Positions 50,105-62,982 of a stretch of DNA of 64,000 nucleotides are shown in pieces. Numbering within the stretch: position 1 is the stretch's first letter; each line of letters starts with the position of its first letter. The notes below the pieces were generated by a model. It saw nothing but the letters and a program-made list of their open reading frames with translations, was not told the origin of the DNA and did no database searches. A program made the translations under genes and the position numbers. The DNA is from Haliotis rufescens (lineage: Eukaryota). The stretch spans positions 27,838,001-27,902,000 of the forward strand of contig NW_025964223.1 in the NCBI RefSeq assembly GCF_023055435.1, read 5' to 3'.

Positions 50105-51939
50105 TGAATTTACCTGCCTTGACGGCTGGTTTTCTGTGAGGGAAAGGCTGATTGGGCTTGTATGGGGTCGGTTGGACCCCATTCCCTCGAAAGCAGGTTT
50201 AGGGATGTGGGAATGTTTGCCACACTTACCGCATTTGTGAGTGTACTTACAGTTGACCCTGCTACAGCCAAATTTATTGAAATCCCAGCATACCTGACTG
50301 GCGATGTCCCCCTGTACGCGTGTCATTGCGCCCCGTCCGCCTGCCTCTGGTTGTCGTACCGGCTGTGTGACCATGTACTTCAGCCACAACTCCCCGTCAA
50401 TGTTGTCTCAGCGTCGTGAGGGGTCCCTTGACATTCTGTGTCGGAATTGTTGGTCGTAGGTTGCTGCTTTATTGGTTTAAAATTGATCTTACCTGAGGAA
50501 TCGTACGCCATGGTAATCGTACCATCCTCGTGACTTTCCTCGGTGTTTGGTAGGATAGGACAAACTCGCCACGCCAGATTTTTTCCCCTCACCTGTTTGA
50601 CGTGTGCGTCTATTCCATCCGCACGGAAGGATAGGGAATCCCCGTATCCTGCATTCTGATTGGCTGGCCAAGCCGCGTCACCGTCGGCCTCGTTGTGAGC
50701 ATCGGGGATTCTCCCTATGTTGGGCGAAATGGCGGGAGAACTAAAACCAAGCCCTACCTGTTGGTTTGCGCTCACCGGGCCGGGCGCTGAATGTTCCAGC
50801 AACTGGAGGTTTTTTTTCCAGTTGCTCGTTTAGCTGGGTAGCCGATTTGGCAGCCTGCGCGGCATTTACGAGCTGTGCCGATTGCACGTTAATTGTGTTG
50901 CCACCTTCGATATTTCCGTAATTGGAAGACTCACCATCAGCTGTTGCCTCCTGTACAATGTGTACTCCCGGGGTTTGTCTTCTGGTTGTCCTGGCCTGCT
51001 TGGCTCCCCTCACAAGCTTGTGGTTGACGGCTGATCTTCTCTTGGGAGGCATCACTGAAGGTCGAGGTGGTGAGTTGGTATTCCACAAGTGTAAAAATGT
51101 CACGAGGATGAAGTTCGGGAGTAGAACGAAATAAATTCGATACGGCGAGTGCTGAAATAGGTGGTATTCAAAGCGTAATCGGCAAAACGGTCGCGATTGT
51201 GTAAATGCGATACGGCGAGTGTTGAAATAGATGTTATTCAAAGCATAATCGGCGTAACGGTCGCGATTGCGTACCAAGGAAACTTACAAAGCGAAAGCGA
51301 TTAGATACAGCGAAACACGCGTGTACTTGAAGAGAGACGGTGCGCGAATGATGGACTATAACAAAGGCGGGAGGATGCTTGCGCGGGAATATCCCCTGGC
51401 ACGGTGCAGGGTGGTGACCCGGGGGTGATTGAGTTACAAGTGGTGATTGGGTTACGGGCGTAATTAGCCAATGGTTTGGATACGCGCGATAAAGTCATTT
51501 AGTAGTTAGTACTAAATGTAATTTTAGTTCACATATTACATTTAGAAGGTTAATCGTGATGATGTAACAGTAACCATGTTATTATCAGGTAAACTATTAA
51601 TACTATTTATCTCATACGTTGAGATTCCGTTCAAAGAATTATCCTCATTGTATATGGTAGTTAATTTGTAGTGAGCACACTACTCATTCACGTTTATTTC
51701 ATCCAAGTTATAAACAGACGCCGTGATCTATTCTGGCTTTAAATCTTGTATCCCTTAATTACTCATATACTAAAGGTATCAGATCTTTAGCAAATAGGTA
51801 GATGTATGATAGATCCTATTTACGTATAACAGCCGGTGTTGTCGTTGCTGCTGCTGCCGCTGCCGCTGTTCCCGCTGTTGCCCCAACTGTTGTTGATTTG
51901 GTCGTTGTCACTGTTCCGGTTCTCACTTGTATTGCGCTG

Positions 51940-52704
51940 ATAGTTGGCATGTCTGATGTATCTGGGATAGTTGGCGTGTCTGATGTATCTGGGATAGTTG
52001 GCATGTCAGGTGTATCTGGGATAGTTGGCATGTCTGATGTATCTGCGATAGTTGGCATGTCTGGTGTGTCTGGGATAGTTGGCATGTCTGATGTATCTGG
52101 GATAGTTGGCATGTCTGATGTATCTGGGATAGTTGGCATGTCTGATGTGTCTGGGATAGTTGGCATGTCTGATGTATCTGGGATAGTTGGCATATCTGAT
52201 GTATCTGGGATAGTTGGCATGTCTGATGTATCTGGGATAGTTGGCATGTCTGATCTATCTGGGATAGTTGGCATGTCTGATGTATCTGGGATAGTTGGCA
52301 TGTCTGATGTGTCTGGGATAGTTGGCATGTCTGATGTATCTGGGATAGTTGGCATGTCTGATGTATCTGGGATAGTTGGCATGTCTGATGTATCTTGGAT
52401 AGTTGGCATGTCTGATCTATCTGGGATAGTTGGCATGTCTGATGTATTTGGGATAGTTGGCATGTCTGATGTATCTGGGATAGTTGGCATGTCTGATGTA
52501 TCTGGGATAGTTGGCATGTCTGATGTATCTGGGATAGTTGGCATGTCTGATGTGTCTGGGATAGTTGGCATGTCTGGTGTATCTGGGATAGTTGGCATGT
52601 CTGATGTATTTGGGATAGTTGGCATGTCTGATGTGTCTGGGATAGTTGGCATGTCTGGTGTATCTGGGATAGTTGGCATGTCTGATGTATTTGGGATAGT
52701 TGGC
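51940..52704 (-). repeat. 27-bp coding tandem repeat, about 28 x DMPTIPDTS
   Basis: Lies inside a GT-AG-bounded exon (52810-51824), in frame with flanking Thr-rich sequence. Confidence 0.93.
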
Positions 52705-55313
52705 CTCACGGATGGGACAGAAGGGGTCGTCGTCATCTTAGGACAATGTTGTGTAACGGTTGTTGGAACTTTGGGTCCACATGCCACAGTCACAAGTCCT
52801 CCATGAGAAGCTGTTAAATTACAAAAATACGTGTGCTTTGTAAGTTTTAGTCAATGTTCGAAGTTAATACTGTAATAGGGTACAGGTAGATACTTTTGTA
52901 TGTTCTGTGTTTCTTGTAACACTGACGTATTTCAAGTTATCACGATCGCTCACACCACCTATCAACATGAAAATTAGAAATTATATCATGTGAACAATTA
53001 CATACCCAGAACAGAACATAGCATACTATTGTTAAGCATGTAATGATACATTCAGAGTAAATGCAAACAGTTCATAATTGAGACTAAGACCAGTTGTTAC
53101 TCCCAATTACACGACGAAAGGAAATTACCTTTCACACGAATCCACAACATTTCTGAAGCACTTGTCACAAAGTTTGCAGTCATGTTCAGGGAGATTCCTA
53201 TCTTGTTGCTTTTGCTTTGAAATAATGTGTTGCTGGTAGTGTTGTCTTGACAGTTGAAAGCGATGGAAGTGCGGCCTTCCTCAGACATGACGAGGTTGCA
53301 AGAAGATGTGCTCACAGTGTTCCCAACAAGGGTAACTGTGATACTTGACTGACATGTGTAAGCAACACAGTAAGAGTTTTTAACTGATTGCGCTGCTTGG
53401 TCGTGGAGTAAGAAAATCTGTGAGTCGTTTAGAGTGGAATCCCCCGTGAAATGCAAAATTTGTTTCTCTGAAAATGATACATAACTCATTTGTACAGTTT
53501 TATATACTACCATGCGTTTAGTACATTCATTGACGTGACGATTTAATTATACTCTGTTTTTTTTTGTACAAAAGATTCATCAACTTTGTTGAGGTCTCCA
53601 TTAAACATAACATATGTCACGTGAAACGGTGTAGGGGATTGGAAAAGGAATTCTGGACATCAGAAATATGGAATCATTGTACTATGACAATGTCGATGAT
53701 GATGAAAGTCTTAGCTAGCTGCGGCTTTTAACCATGTGCTAGACATACAATTCAATTTCCACACAATTTCCGCTGTTCCATATAACAGTTCGCAATAAGA
53801 AACAATTCATCATTGACCTCTTTGTAATTATGGTCTGCTTAGATATCCTCACTTAGATAACATCTTCAATAAAAACTTGATCTCATCTCTGGTCTTTGAT
53901 GAGTTCTGTTTAGGTCTTAAATATACATGTGTGACTTGGTGTCTGAAACCCGATCATTATAGACGTGAATTAAATTATAAAATGTGATCACACGATATTG
54001 ACTTTTCCAGTGGACACGGGGCAGCTGTCATGGCCAGAACATTGAAATTCATATGGACTCAATTTGGCCCCATTTCTGTGACGGTCATATGTATTAACGC
54101 ACATGAAGTAAAAGTAAGTCTTTGGACGAGCATTCTCGTGTGCGGTGTCAGGATCTGCAAGAAACAGCTACAAGAACGTAACAATCACTGGGAGGTAATC
54201 AAACACATGAACACGGTCGTGAGGTATCAACTAGATATCAATGCTGACATGTCATACGTACTTTGTTTTGTAACTATTGTTCAATAGAAACACTAAACAT
54301 TAAAATATGTGTCCACTTTCCTTCACCTACTGCAGCGGACAGCGAGGCTGGTCGTTTCCTTGCCTTGTAGCCTGTCGAACTTGCCTCGGCAAGGGATTAG
54401 GTTGTGCCACAAAGCGCACATTGATTATGATTTTAATCATGTACTGATCATGAGTATACTCCTGAACGGAACAATCTAGGTAACTGTACTTACCCTCTAC
54501 ACACTCATATTCAAAAGCAACGTAATCCGCTAAGTCACCGTCTTGTAGATTCGTGTCGTGTACAACGCCAGGATTGCGTAACTCACACCGAGCTTGTCCT
54601 ATGCATTGTGTCACAAACTCCTTGTACATTATGTTATGTTGAGAAAACTTGTATGCTTCAGCTGGAAGATGATACGTCTCACCTGTGTCTCCATCCTTCA
54701 TGTGACAACATTGTATGTATTCATCGTGTCTTAGCGAAGGCGAATGAATCTTACTGGAACACGCTTGGTTTTGAAGGCGGCCGATTGTGAACGTTTTCGG
54801 ATACATCTTTTCATGAGTGGCATCACATTGTGGATCGGTGATGAGCATCTTGTTATAACATACTACCTTTATAGGCATTTCAGTCCCGACGATATCTGTA
54901 TTGTGGAAGAAGAAATAAGCTGAGCATAACATATTATCTTGAAACGCAATCGTTTTTAATTATATGTTTAATTTATTTTGATGATAATAATGATTAAGCA
55001 CATGTACATGTTCCCTCGAATTCAGAGACTGACTTCACAATGTTTTCTAGTCTGTGTAGATTTTGGTATGTGCTGCATCAAACAGAAAACAGAAGGATAT
55101 AACAAGAGAGCGAACACATCACTACTTATCCCCTTCTATGTATGTACTTGTTGAGTTGAGTGTTCATACTTACAGACGACGTGGAGGGTGAAGGAATAAA
55201 GGAGCCACAGCCACGTCTTTGACACCATCTTTATTCCGTATGATCCTCCCGCTGCAATGGCACCTGGAGCGTGGACATGATACCTTAAGAATCTATGCAA
55301 TTTCTTCATATGT

Positions 55314-55595
55314 GGGGGCACGGGTGGTCCTGTCGTCTAAGGCTCGCGATTCGCTGTGCAGAGTTGCGTCCCTTCGGATCGCCTGAAACCTATGATTGTT
55401 CGAATCCCAGTTCGCCCCGATTATGTTACTAGATTTGTCAGCACCATACCCGTGCTCGTGGGTTTCACCGAAGTGGTAAACGTCTGATACCTGCATCACT
55501 TCGGGCTTTCCTCCCACATTAAGCTGACACCCCGTGATAGAACTGGCATACTGTTAAAAGCGGAGTTAAACCCAACTTACTCACTACTCACTCAC
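55314..55595 (+). mobile_element. tRNA-derived SINE family B
   Basis: gggggcacgggtggtcctgtcgtctaagg...gttcgaatccc...(ACTC)n. Confidence 0.88.
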
Positions 55596-55939
55596 ATTGT
55601 GTAATCTTTCCGGTGTTGTTTGTTGTGATTTGTGTTATCGTCATTGTTTCCGATGGACGATATGGGCGTCCCTTTTCAAGTTTGCAAGATAAAGAGACGT
55701 TAAAGTATACTGTAAGTGCAAATAAAATATATTTAGTTGAGAGATCAACATTATATGCTTTAGATTTGCGGGTGACATTCAATCTTAGATATACTGACAT
55801 CAATTACACATGGATATCACACGAACATCTGGCAAAAATAAAGCTTTTAAAATCGTTCCTACATATTTTATCGGTAATGTTCTATCCCTACATACGTTCC
55901 AACAGCTGCGAGACCTGACAATGTATGATTACATATTCC

Positions 55940-56145
55940 GTAGGGATTCCGGGATAGATGAGATCTCCCGAAACCTATATGTGTCGTTAGAGGCGACATC
56001 GGTGGTTTGGTTGATTGCTTGTATCCTGCCCCTAAGACGTGGCACGACGCTCACAGTATCAGTCACTGGCCATGCATTGCCTTGTCAAGATTCGATTATC
56101 TATATCTCACCGTCACATCAATGTGTGCGGCGTTTAACAACAAAA
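55940..56145 (+). mobile_element. Degraded SINE (family A related)
   Basis: gtcgttagaggcgac...atcactgg...gtgcggcgtttaacaacaaa. Confidence 0.55.
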
Positions 56146-57027
56146 GTATACACTTTAATTTCACACCAATCCTCCTTATAAGGAGTTGCAGAAATAAATC
56201 AACGAGCTGTTATATGATATTCATGTCACCTTGTCAAGTCAAGTTTTCCGAATTCGGGAATACGAAGTGATCAGTCCATAACCCATCAAATAAAAGTCAT
56301 ATAGTTTTCTATATGTTTTTGTCATCAACACTGACGTTGTCAGTGGTAACATCTAGTTTTGACTAACAAATCAAATTGTTAAACATTTATCAACGTCAGT
56401 ATGCTCACGTAGAGAGTGGCGCTTAAAAGTCAATCTATTTATATACATACAAAGACGGTTATTATTAATATTGATAATCTACGACATAACCAGCAATGAG
56501 ACCAATTATCAAACTAATTATTACATAAGACCATGCTATTAAAACAACAACCTAAAACATTATGAGTATTCAAATTCCTTATAATAATAACAAAGCAGCG
56601 CGCACATCTTTAGAGGAGGTTCGTATACAATCATTATTAAATAGTCGTTATGTGATACAAGTTTCCAAGTACCTACCATGCAGTCCAAAGGCTCCGTAAA
56701 GGTCTTCTTAGTACAGACCACAGGCCCTTTGTATAATTATCTGCATTTTAGTGAGTGCTACTAGCTGTAGTCTACAACTGTAAGTATATTGCGTTATTTT
56801 TTTAATCTGAATTCCGATAGCTCCAGACTTCAATGGTATCCAGGAGCTCTTTCTTCACGTCATTAACACAAAGGGACCGGTCGTCTTATCCAATGAGGCG
56901 ACAACGAATATCAATCTCTCTTTGTTGATTATTGACTTTGCATCGATTGTTATTCAAGTATCACGAGACGGGTACGAAAAAGAACTCTTGAATATCGACC
57001 AACAAGGTTTTAGCACATTTCAAGCAC

Positions 57028-57260
57028 GATCAAGAGGTTAACACCAAGGTGGCCCAGTCGTCTAAGGCGCTGCAGTTCGATGTGGAAATAAAGTCACTAA
57101 ATATGAAACAGAGCATATGTTAAAGCAAGATCAAGAGGGTAACACCAAGGTGGCCCAGTCGTCTAAGGCGCCGCAGTTCGATGTGGAAATAAAGTCACTA
57201 AATATGAAATAGAGCACGGGTAGATCAACTCACTAACTCACTCATTCTCACTCACTCACT
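57028..57260 (+). repeat. About 102-bp tandem duplication containing a SINE-B head remnant, followed by (ACTC)n
   Basis: gatcaagagg.taacaccaaggtggcccagtcgtctaaggcgc.gcagttcgatgtggaaataaagtcac occurs twice. Confidence 0.75.
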
Positions 57261-57261
57261 C

Positions 57262-57535
57262 ACTTTTTTTTGTCAGCGTTGAAATTCAAAACGAGGTTTT
57301 CATGTATCCAGACGCTAAAATATGTAAAGGCGTGCGTTATTTCAACCTGATCACAATCAATAACAAAGTTAAATTCCGATCTTTTAACGGCAATAGGACG
57401 ATAATGCACAACCTTAATTTTCTTAACATTGAAAAAAGGATGCCACTGTGAACACCAGTGGACTACACTATCTAGCATCCGTTGTAAAGAGTGCTCTTCA
57501 GGTGCAATAAGAGCGACATCACCAGCATTGGTGGA
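57262..57535 (-). mobile_element. Non-LTR reverse transcriptase fragment
   Basis: AGDVALIA..LQRMLD...WC..W...FNVKK.KVVH...FTYF (RT domains 5-7). Confidence 0.75.
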
Positions 57536-59218
57536 TATAATGTGTAACCTGGTTGCCAGGGTTTGTGTCATTTTAAGCCATACCTGGTTTGTCCACTCCA
57601 GACTCGATGTACACAGATCACCGTCCTTTCACGTTAGATTGCTTATCAATTATTAACTAATAACTGCCATAACGTTAACGTGTATACAAACGCCATGCAA
57701 GTATGCTGAGTTATTGCCATAGCAAAGGGATGAGGTAACTGAGAATTGGAAAAAAATAATTACGTTATGACAATATACACAGTTCGATTAGCTCAGATAA
57801 GTTAATCAGAGGTTTGTGGTCACGTCGCAACAAGCAACTGTAGCGGTTGCAGTGTACTTTGAGTTAAGGGAAATGGCATGATCGTGGACCGTATGCCTTT
57901 AAATTGTACGTTAACTTCATTTAGAATTAAGATGCCTAGATTCATATTAAACCACGAGGGACGAAATCAACGATGACGATAGAAACAGTCCATGTTAAAT
58001 GTGCAGTGTTGTCCTTAATACAAAACCTCTACATAACCCTAACTGAATCAACATACACTTGGCCACGAGGTTTCTAGGTATTTATTAGATAGTGGGTGGG
58101 TTGTGCTTTCGCAATATTCTAGCCATATCCCGACAGAAGGACGCCAGAAATGTACAATTCCCAGTAATGAAACCAAGGTCTTCGAGGTGAGTCAACACAT
58201 TGACCGCTACGCTCAGCCGATGCCCCAGTGTATATTGTGATGTCATTTCCACCTGTACCTATATGTATGTACTTCGTTTAATAAGATGACAAAGAGTTTT
58301 TGTTTAAATTGCCATCGGCCCGAATTGTGTGAGGTAACAGATAACAACCGACACTGGGGGACTTATATATATATTTACTATATTCTATAAAACTGCAAGC
58401 ACAGTGCCTGAAACAAATATCAATACAAGTCTGCCAGATCACATCACATATCCATACGATATACATGGTACAAGCGTATTTGTTTTCTATACAGGGCCTT
58501 TCTAACGTTCTCGCTGTAAAAATGTGTGCTGCTACACTGAATTCATAGATGTATTGTGCGTACACTATAACGTCCAAGTCATTTATTTACATTATGTCGC
58601 AAAATTCCCGGGGAGACTAAGCAGAAGCTCCAGGGGAATTTTGTCAAATTTCTGCAAAGCTACGCGCGCACTACGCAAAATTTCCCCGAACTAACAGGGT
58701 ATATTTGCGAAAGTAATTGCATTTTATGGGACTTAATTAGTTTTATGCTTCCCAGTCGTCGACAAACTACATTGATATTCACCTGCTTCGCCTCATTTAC
58801 ACCTTTAAGATAGGTAAAAGTTCTTAGGCGATGTGGATTTTCTATGCTTGTATGGGTTTGGCAAAATGGACAATCTTGGTGTGGAAGAACCCACTCCTGA
58901 ATTGGTAAGGGAATTTTCAATAGATCCAGACAATCCACACTCAGCTTGGTCCAAGGGGGGCCATGCCCTTAAGGTTTGAACATGTTCTTTATATTTTACT
59001 TTTATTCATTATACCACACCATTCCTCCTTGAACCAGATTGAACAAATAATGAATTACAAATAGAGTATATAATAATGATCAATGATTGTCAGTTTGTAT
59101 TGTTTGCATTGTCAACAGAATGCTTCTTGTCGGTTATCTTGCAGATTTAGGCTTGACGCCGAAAACGTCTTCGTCCGATTTAGGAATGTTAATTTGACTT
59201 TTTATAACAGTTTATAAC

Positions 59219-59453
59219 AGTGTGTGTGTGTGTGTGTGTGTGTGTGTTAGTGTGTGTGTGTTAGTGTGTTAGTGTGTGTGTTNNNNNNNNNNNNNNNNNN
59301 NNNNNNNNNNNNNNNNNNNNNNNNNNNNNNNNNNNNNNNNNNNNNNNNNNNNNNNNNNNNNNNNNNNNNNNNNNNNNNNNNNNNNNNNNNNNNNNNNNNN
59401 NNNNNNNNNNNNNNNNNNNNNNNNNNNNNNNNNNNNNNNNNNNNNNNNNNNNN
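59219..59453. other. (TG)n microsatellite followed by an assembly gap (N at 59283-59453)
   Basis: Directly visible. Confidence 0.99.
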
Positions 59454-62400
59454 TAAATGTTCAGTGTAAGGTAGATAAGATGGGACGAAACCACTCCAAT
59501 GGCTTATCCCAACACGGAAAATCACAAACGGGGAGATTCCGAAATTTCCGAAGTTGTAATAACTTCATGTAATCTACTTGCATACACTGTACGTAATTAC
59601 CAAGCGTCAGCATAATCGAACTTGGTTCATACAATGACATAAACTAGCACTCAAAATATACACACATATTTAACTTAACGCACCATACACTTACGTTTGC
59701 TTGATGTTATACACAATATACATTGTCTTGTTTTTGCCACACTGAACTGAACATTCTATAAGTGTCATATTCGTTGTTAAAACTGTTTGTCGTACAACGT
59801 TTTGTTTTTGTGTCAGTGAATGAATAGGGAACTATTCCAGCATTATATTGACGCTGTACGTATACATGCGCCCGATAACTGGTTCACGTTGCACGGGGCA
59901 TCAAACCGAATCTCAACGTCACAAGATAATTCATCAACTGACAGGCCAGCATTACGCCCCGTGTTCTCGATAGCATTACTTGTATGTGCTGTTTAATATC
60001 TGGAGAGAAAAACAACGATTATTTGTCTGGCCCTTGTATACAACTTAATAATAGTTTGTTTAATATCTCATGTGATACGAACGATCTAATACAAAAATAC
60101 ACGATATAACTAACCGACTTTGAATTCAGTTTAACCCTGTCAATGAAATAATTATATGTGATTCATTGTAACATGTCATCACACAGGTATCTAAGTCAAC
60201 AGTTGTTAAATTGTTTGTTGGCACATGTGACAGATAGAGAACAGGGTATGACAAGGTGTAGGACACTACTTGGATGCACAGAAAACAATGGATGTACCTG
60301 ACACATTACAAACTAATACAGAACGTTTGAACGTTCTATTGTTATATCACAATGACACTTAGCGGGTTATACACACAGAAAGTTCCATAGTTTATATATA
60401 TATGTTTCTTTACTTTACATGGAATTTGAAGTATATATGTCTAATGCACTTGCGTGTATAATGTTCAGCTTGGGGACAGTAATAGTCTTCATATTGTTAT
60501 CAGCGTTAACTGTGTGGCCATATGTGTGCTTTACCCAAGTACGTATCAACTGGGATAACGCCATTGTCACAGCGGTATTTAACTTACTGCTATATGAAAG
60601 TACATATGCATGTAGATGTGTGCAAGACAAGAAACACAATGCAAGTTTATCATAAATCAAATATTAATGTCAAAGCGAATATTTACGGACAGCAGTTTTA
60701 CAATTACAGTTTGGAATATCTTACATTCACAGAGCACCTTCGTTTAGCTGTAGAGTTTAGCCTGATTTAATTAGAGAGTATTGTCATGCCCCGGTACGCG
60801 TTAACGGCGTGATAGTCGCCAAAATACACCTAACTAGGGTCATAAAACATGGTTTGGTTTCCAAACGCGTTACATTTGTGGACAAGGGACGTGCATAGGT
60901 TTGTGTTCAGGATCTAAAGACATTTTGTACAGTGTACCCGCGGAATATCTGCAGTGTTACAGCAGAACAGCGTGTATATGTACACCTCACGTTTGTCCAT
61001 TCTGTCACCTCATTATGGCTAGAAATACCACCAAGTATGAAGTGCAGTGTCCGTTAACTTCACGAGAGTATTGATACTTGCAACAATTATTGTACACTCT
61101 ACATATGTATCGTGTATGCAAACACTTTACATTGGCTAATAGCGTTAAACGTATTCTTTACAATTATTTAGAAACATACAACGGGTGAATGCACAGTGGT
61201 GTGTTCCACATTTCTACACCCCAACACCACATCCCTGCATTCGCCATTGATGACCAGGGTTATTTGACGCTTCGCAACACAAACGTACATGTTCTGTTTG
61301 GGTATAGAGATAAGATATCTGACAGTGACTAAACATGTTGTGTGTTGCTATGATCTACCAGGAAGTTTAATGTGAGTTTGTGCGCATGCACGTTATTTAC
61401 TGGTCCTGGTCAGGGGAGACAAGGATTTGCCGAGTTGACGACACGAGTCTGCAAACTAGGCGAGTGTCACCAACAAGGAAGCGACTCCATTGTGAGCCCA
61501 GTTGGTCTATAATGACGAATAATTGTTGTCTTCAGATAGCAAATCAAGGGCTTCGTGATCAGGGTCGCCGAATTGTACTTCGTTTTTCTGTAGGCTAGGA
61601 CATGTGCAGATTAAGACTGTGGTTTGCAAAATCAAACTTCCTCATTAAACATGTTAAAAAAAGTATGAAACTAATAACAAAAATAAAAAACCAAATGTAA
61701 AAACATAATTTTTTTATAAAATATAAAAAGTAATAACAATTAATTTTAAAAAACCCACTTCATCGTAGATTGCACTAGTATAACGTGCATCATTGTTAAA
61801 AGCGCGTGCATGTGTTTGCACGTGACTGCAACCACTAGGTCAATCCATAATCCAGAGAAGACTCATGATCATTTGATATGGGGACCACTCTGGACATTTG
61901 TGCCCCGTATTCCTTTTCAAGCGAATCACTTTTCATTGCCCATGTTACCTGCAGATTAACTCGATGCAACAATAATAATGTATTGGTGTAGAAAGTAATT
62001 GACATGTAATTAACATGAGTATAGGGTTTCCTGATTAATAATTAAAACCAGTTGACACGTTGGTGGAGCCTTGTCTATCGGTTTAAGAAGCCAATGTTGG
62101 TGATTCACTCGCATAATAGAAACCTACATATACAAAGGAAATAAGGATTAAAAGCTAATATATCCAGGTAAGGAGTACGAGTTGTATTAGAAAGTGGCGT
62201 GCATCTTGATATATCCGTGTGTGTTTGTTCACAGATTCAACATGTTACCAGTGAGTCCTACTATCCAGGGTGTCGGGACATCTATAAGTGGTGTTGGGTG
62301 GGTGGCTGGGGTGGGGGTGAGGGGAGGGTGGTGAAGTGCAGTGACAATACATCGAGCTATCCATAGTTCTACTTGCTTTATATTATTCTCCCTATATTAC

Positions 62401-62516
62401 ATTGCGTGTTAACGCGTTACTCATGCTAGGCATTTACGTGACTGTTGTCGCTGAACCTCTTGACGTTTATAAAAATTAATTAATGTCATTAATCTGATAC
62501 AAAGTTTTGGGGATAA

Positions 62517-62604
62517 GATGAGATGAGGTGAAATGGGGTTTAACGTCGAAGAGTATTGCACTTTTATAGCGATCGAAGTGCATGCACGTCTGTGCGTGTA
62601 TGCG

Positions 62605-62669
<65 letters not shown>

Positions 62670-62937
62670 CTGCTTGTACCAGTCCGGACTAATGCCGATT
62701 TTTATACGCTAGCTCACTGAGATACCATGCCGCAGTTTAACATGAAAAACCCACTCAGACACAGTATACTGACTCCGAGCCGACTCGTCCTTGTTTCAGT
62801 CCCTTAATGCCGAGCGCCAGACAGGGTAACAACAAGTACCATCTTTTAACGTCTTTTGGTATGACGCGAACGGGGATCGAACCCCGGACATTCCGCTCTC
62901 CGGGCGGACACTCTACCACTAGAGGTCTTTGGGGGCC
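62517..62937 (-). mobile_element. tRNA-derived SINE family C, full length, with internal (CA)n
   Basis: Head with ctagtggtagagtg A box and ggggttcgatcccc B box; body gtcataccaaaagacgttaaaagatggtac...; (CATCT)n tail. Confidence 0.88.
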
Positions 62938-62982
62938 TGAGCAGTACAACTACATGTAGTAAGCGATTAACACGTATATAAC

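Larger units (their letters stand above)
45820..51521 (-). mobile_element. Ngaro-type tyrosine-recombinase retrotransposon, copy 2, all four ORFs present but decayed (in an intron of the mucin gene)
   Basis: gag (MPPKRR at 51052, Cys/His fingers), RT, RNase H (LELFPI, FYCDNQAV, NTIADTLSR), YR and SGNH; two SINE insertions. Confidence 0.95.
42903..55228 (-). pseudogene. Type-I membrane glycoprotein gene (signal, SUEL-lectin-like, CUB-like, acidic mucin stalk, TM, tail), probably damaged
   Basis: Exons 55228-55174 (MVSKTWLWLLYSFTLHVV), 54895-54494 (C..G...C...YVAFEYEC), possibly 54154-about 54003, 53467-53129 (..LWIRVK), 52810-51824 (mucin), 45741-about 45691, 45606-45512 (AIVGTFIEGRAAGICTCLSALTFVIHKKCKTK), a fragment ending at 43638, and 43067-42903 (..LPPIRHI*). 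One donor looks broken, the TM has E and R, and a LINE tail abuts an exon. Domain names are tentative. Confidence 0.6.

Noticed and set aside
51802-52806. 334-aa + strand ORF (GIVGMSDVS)n
   Set aside because: Antisense shadow of the mucin repeat; splice sites and neighbouring exons support the minus strand.
59247-59572. ORFs spanning poly-X
   Set aside because: Assembly-gap artefacts.
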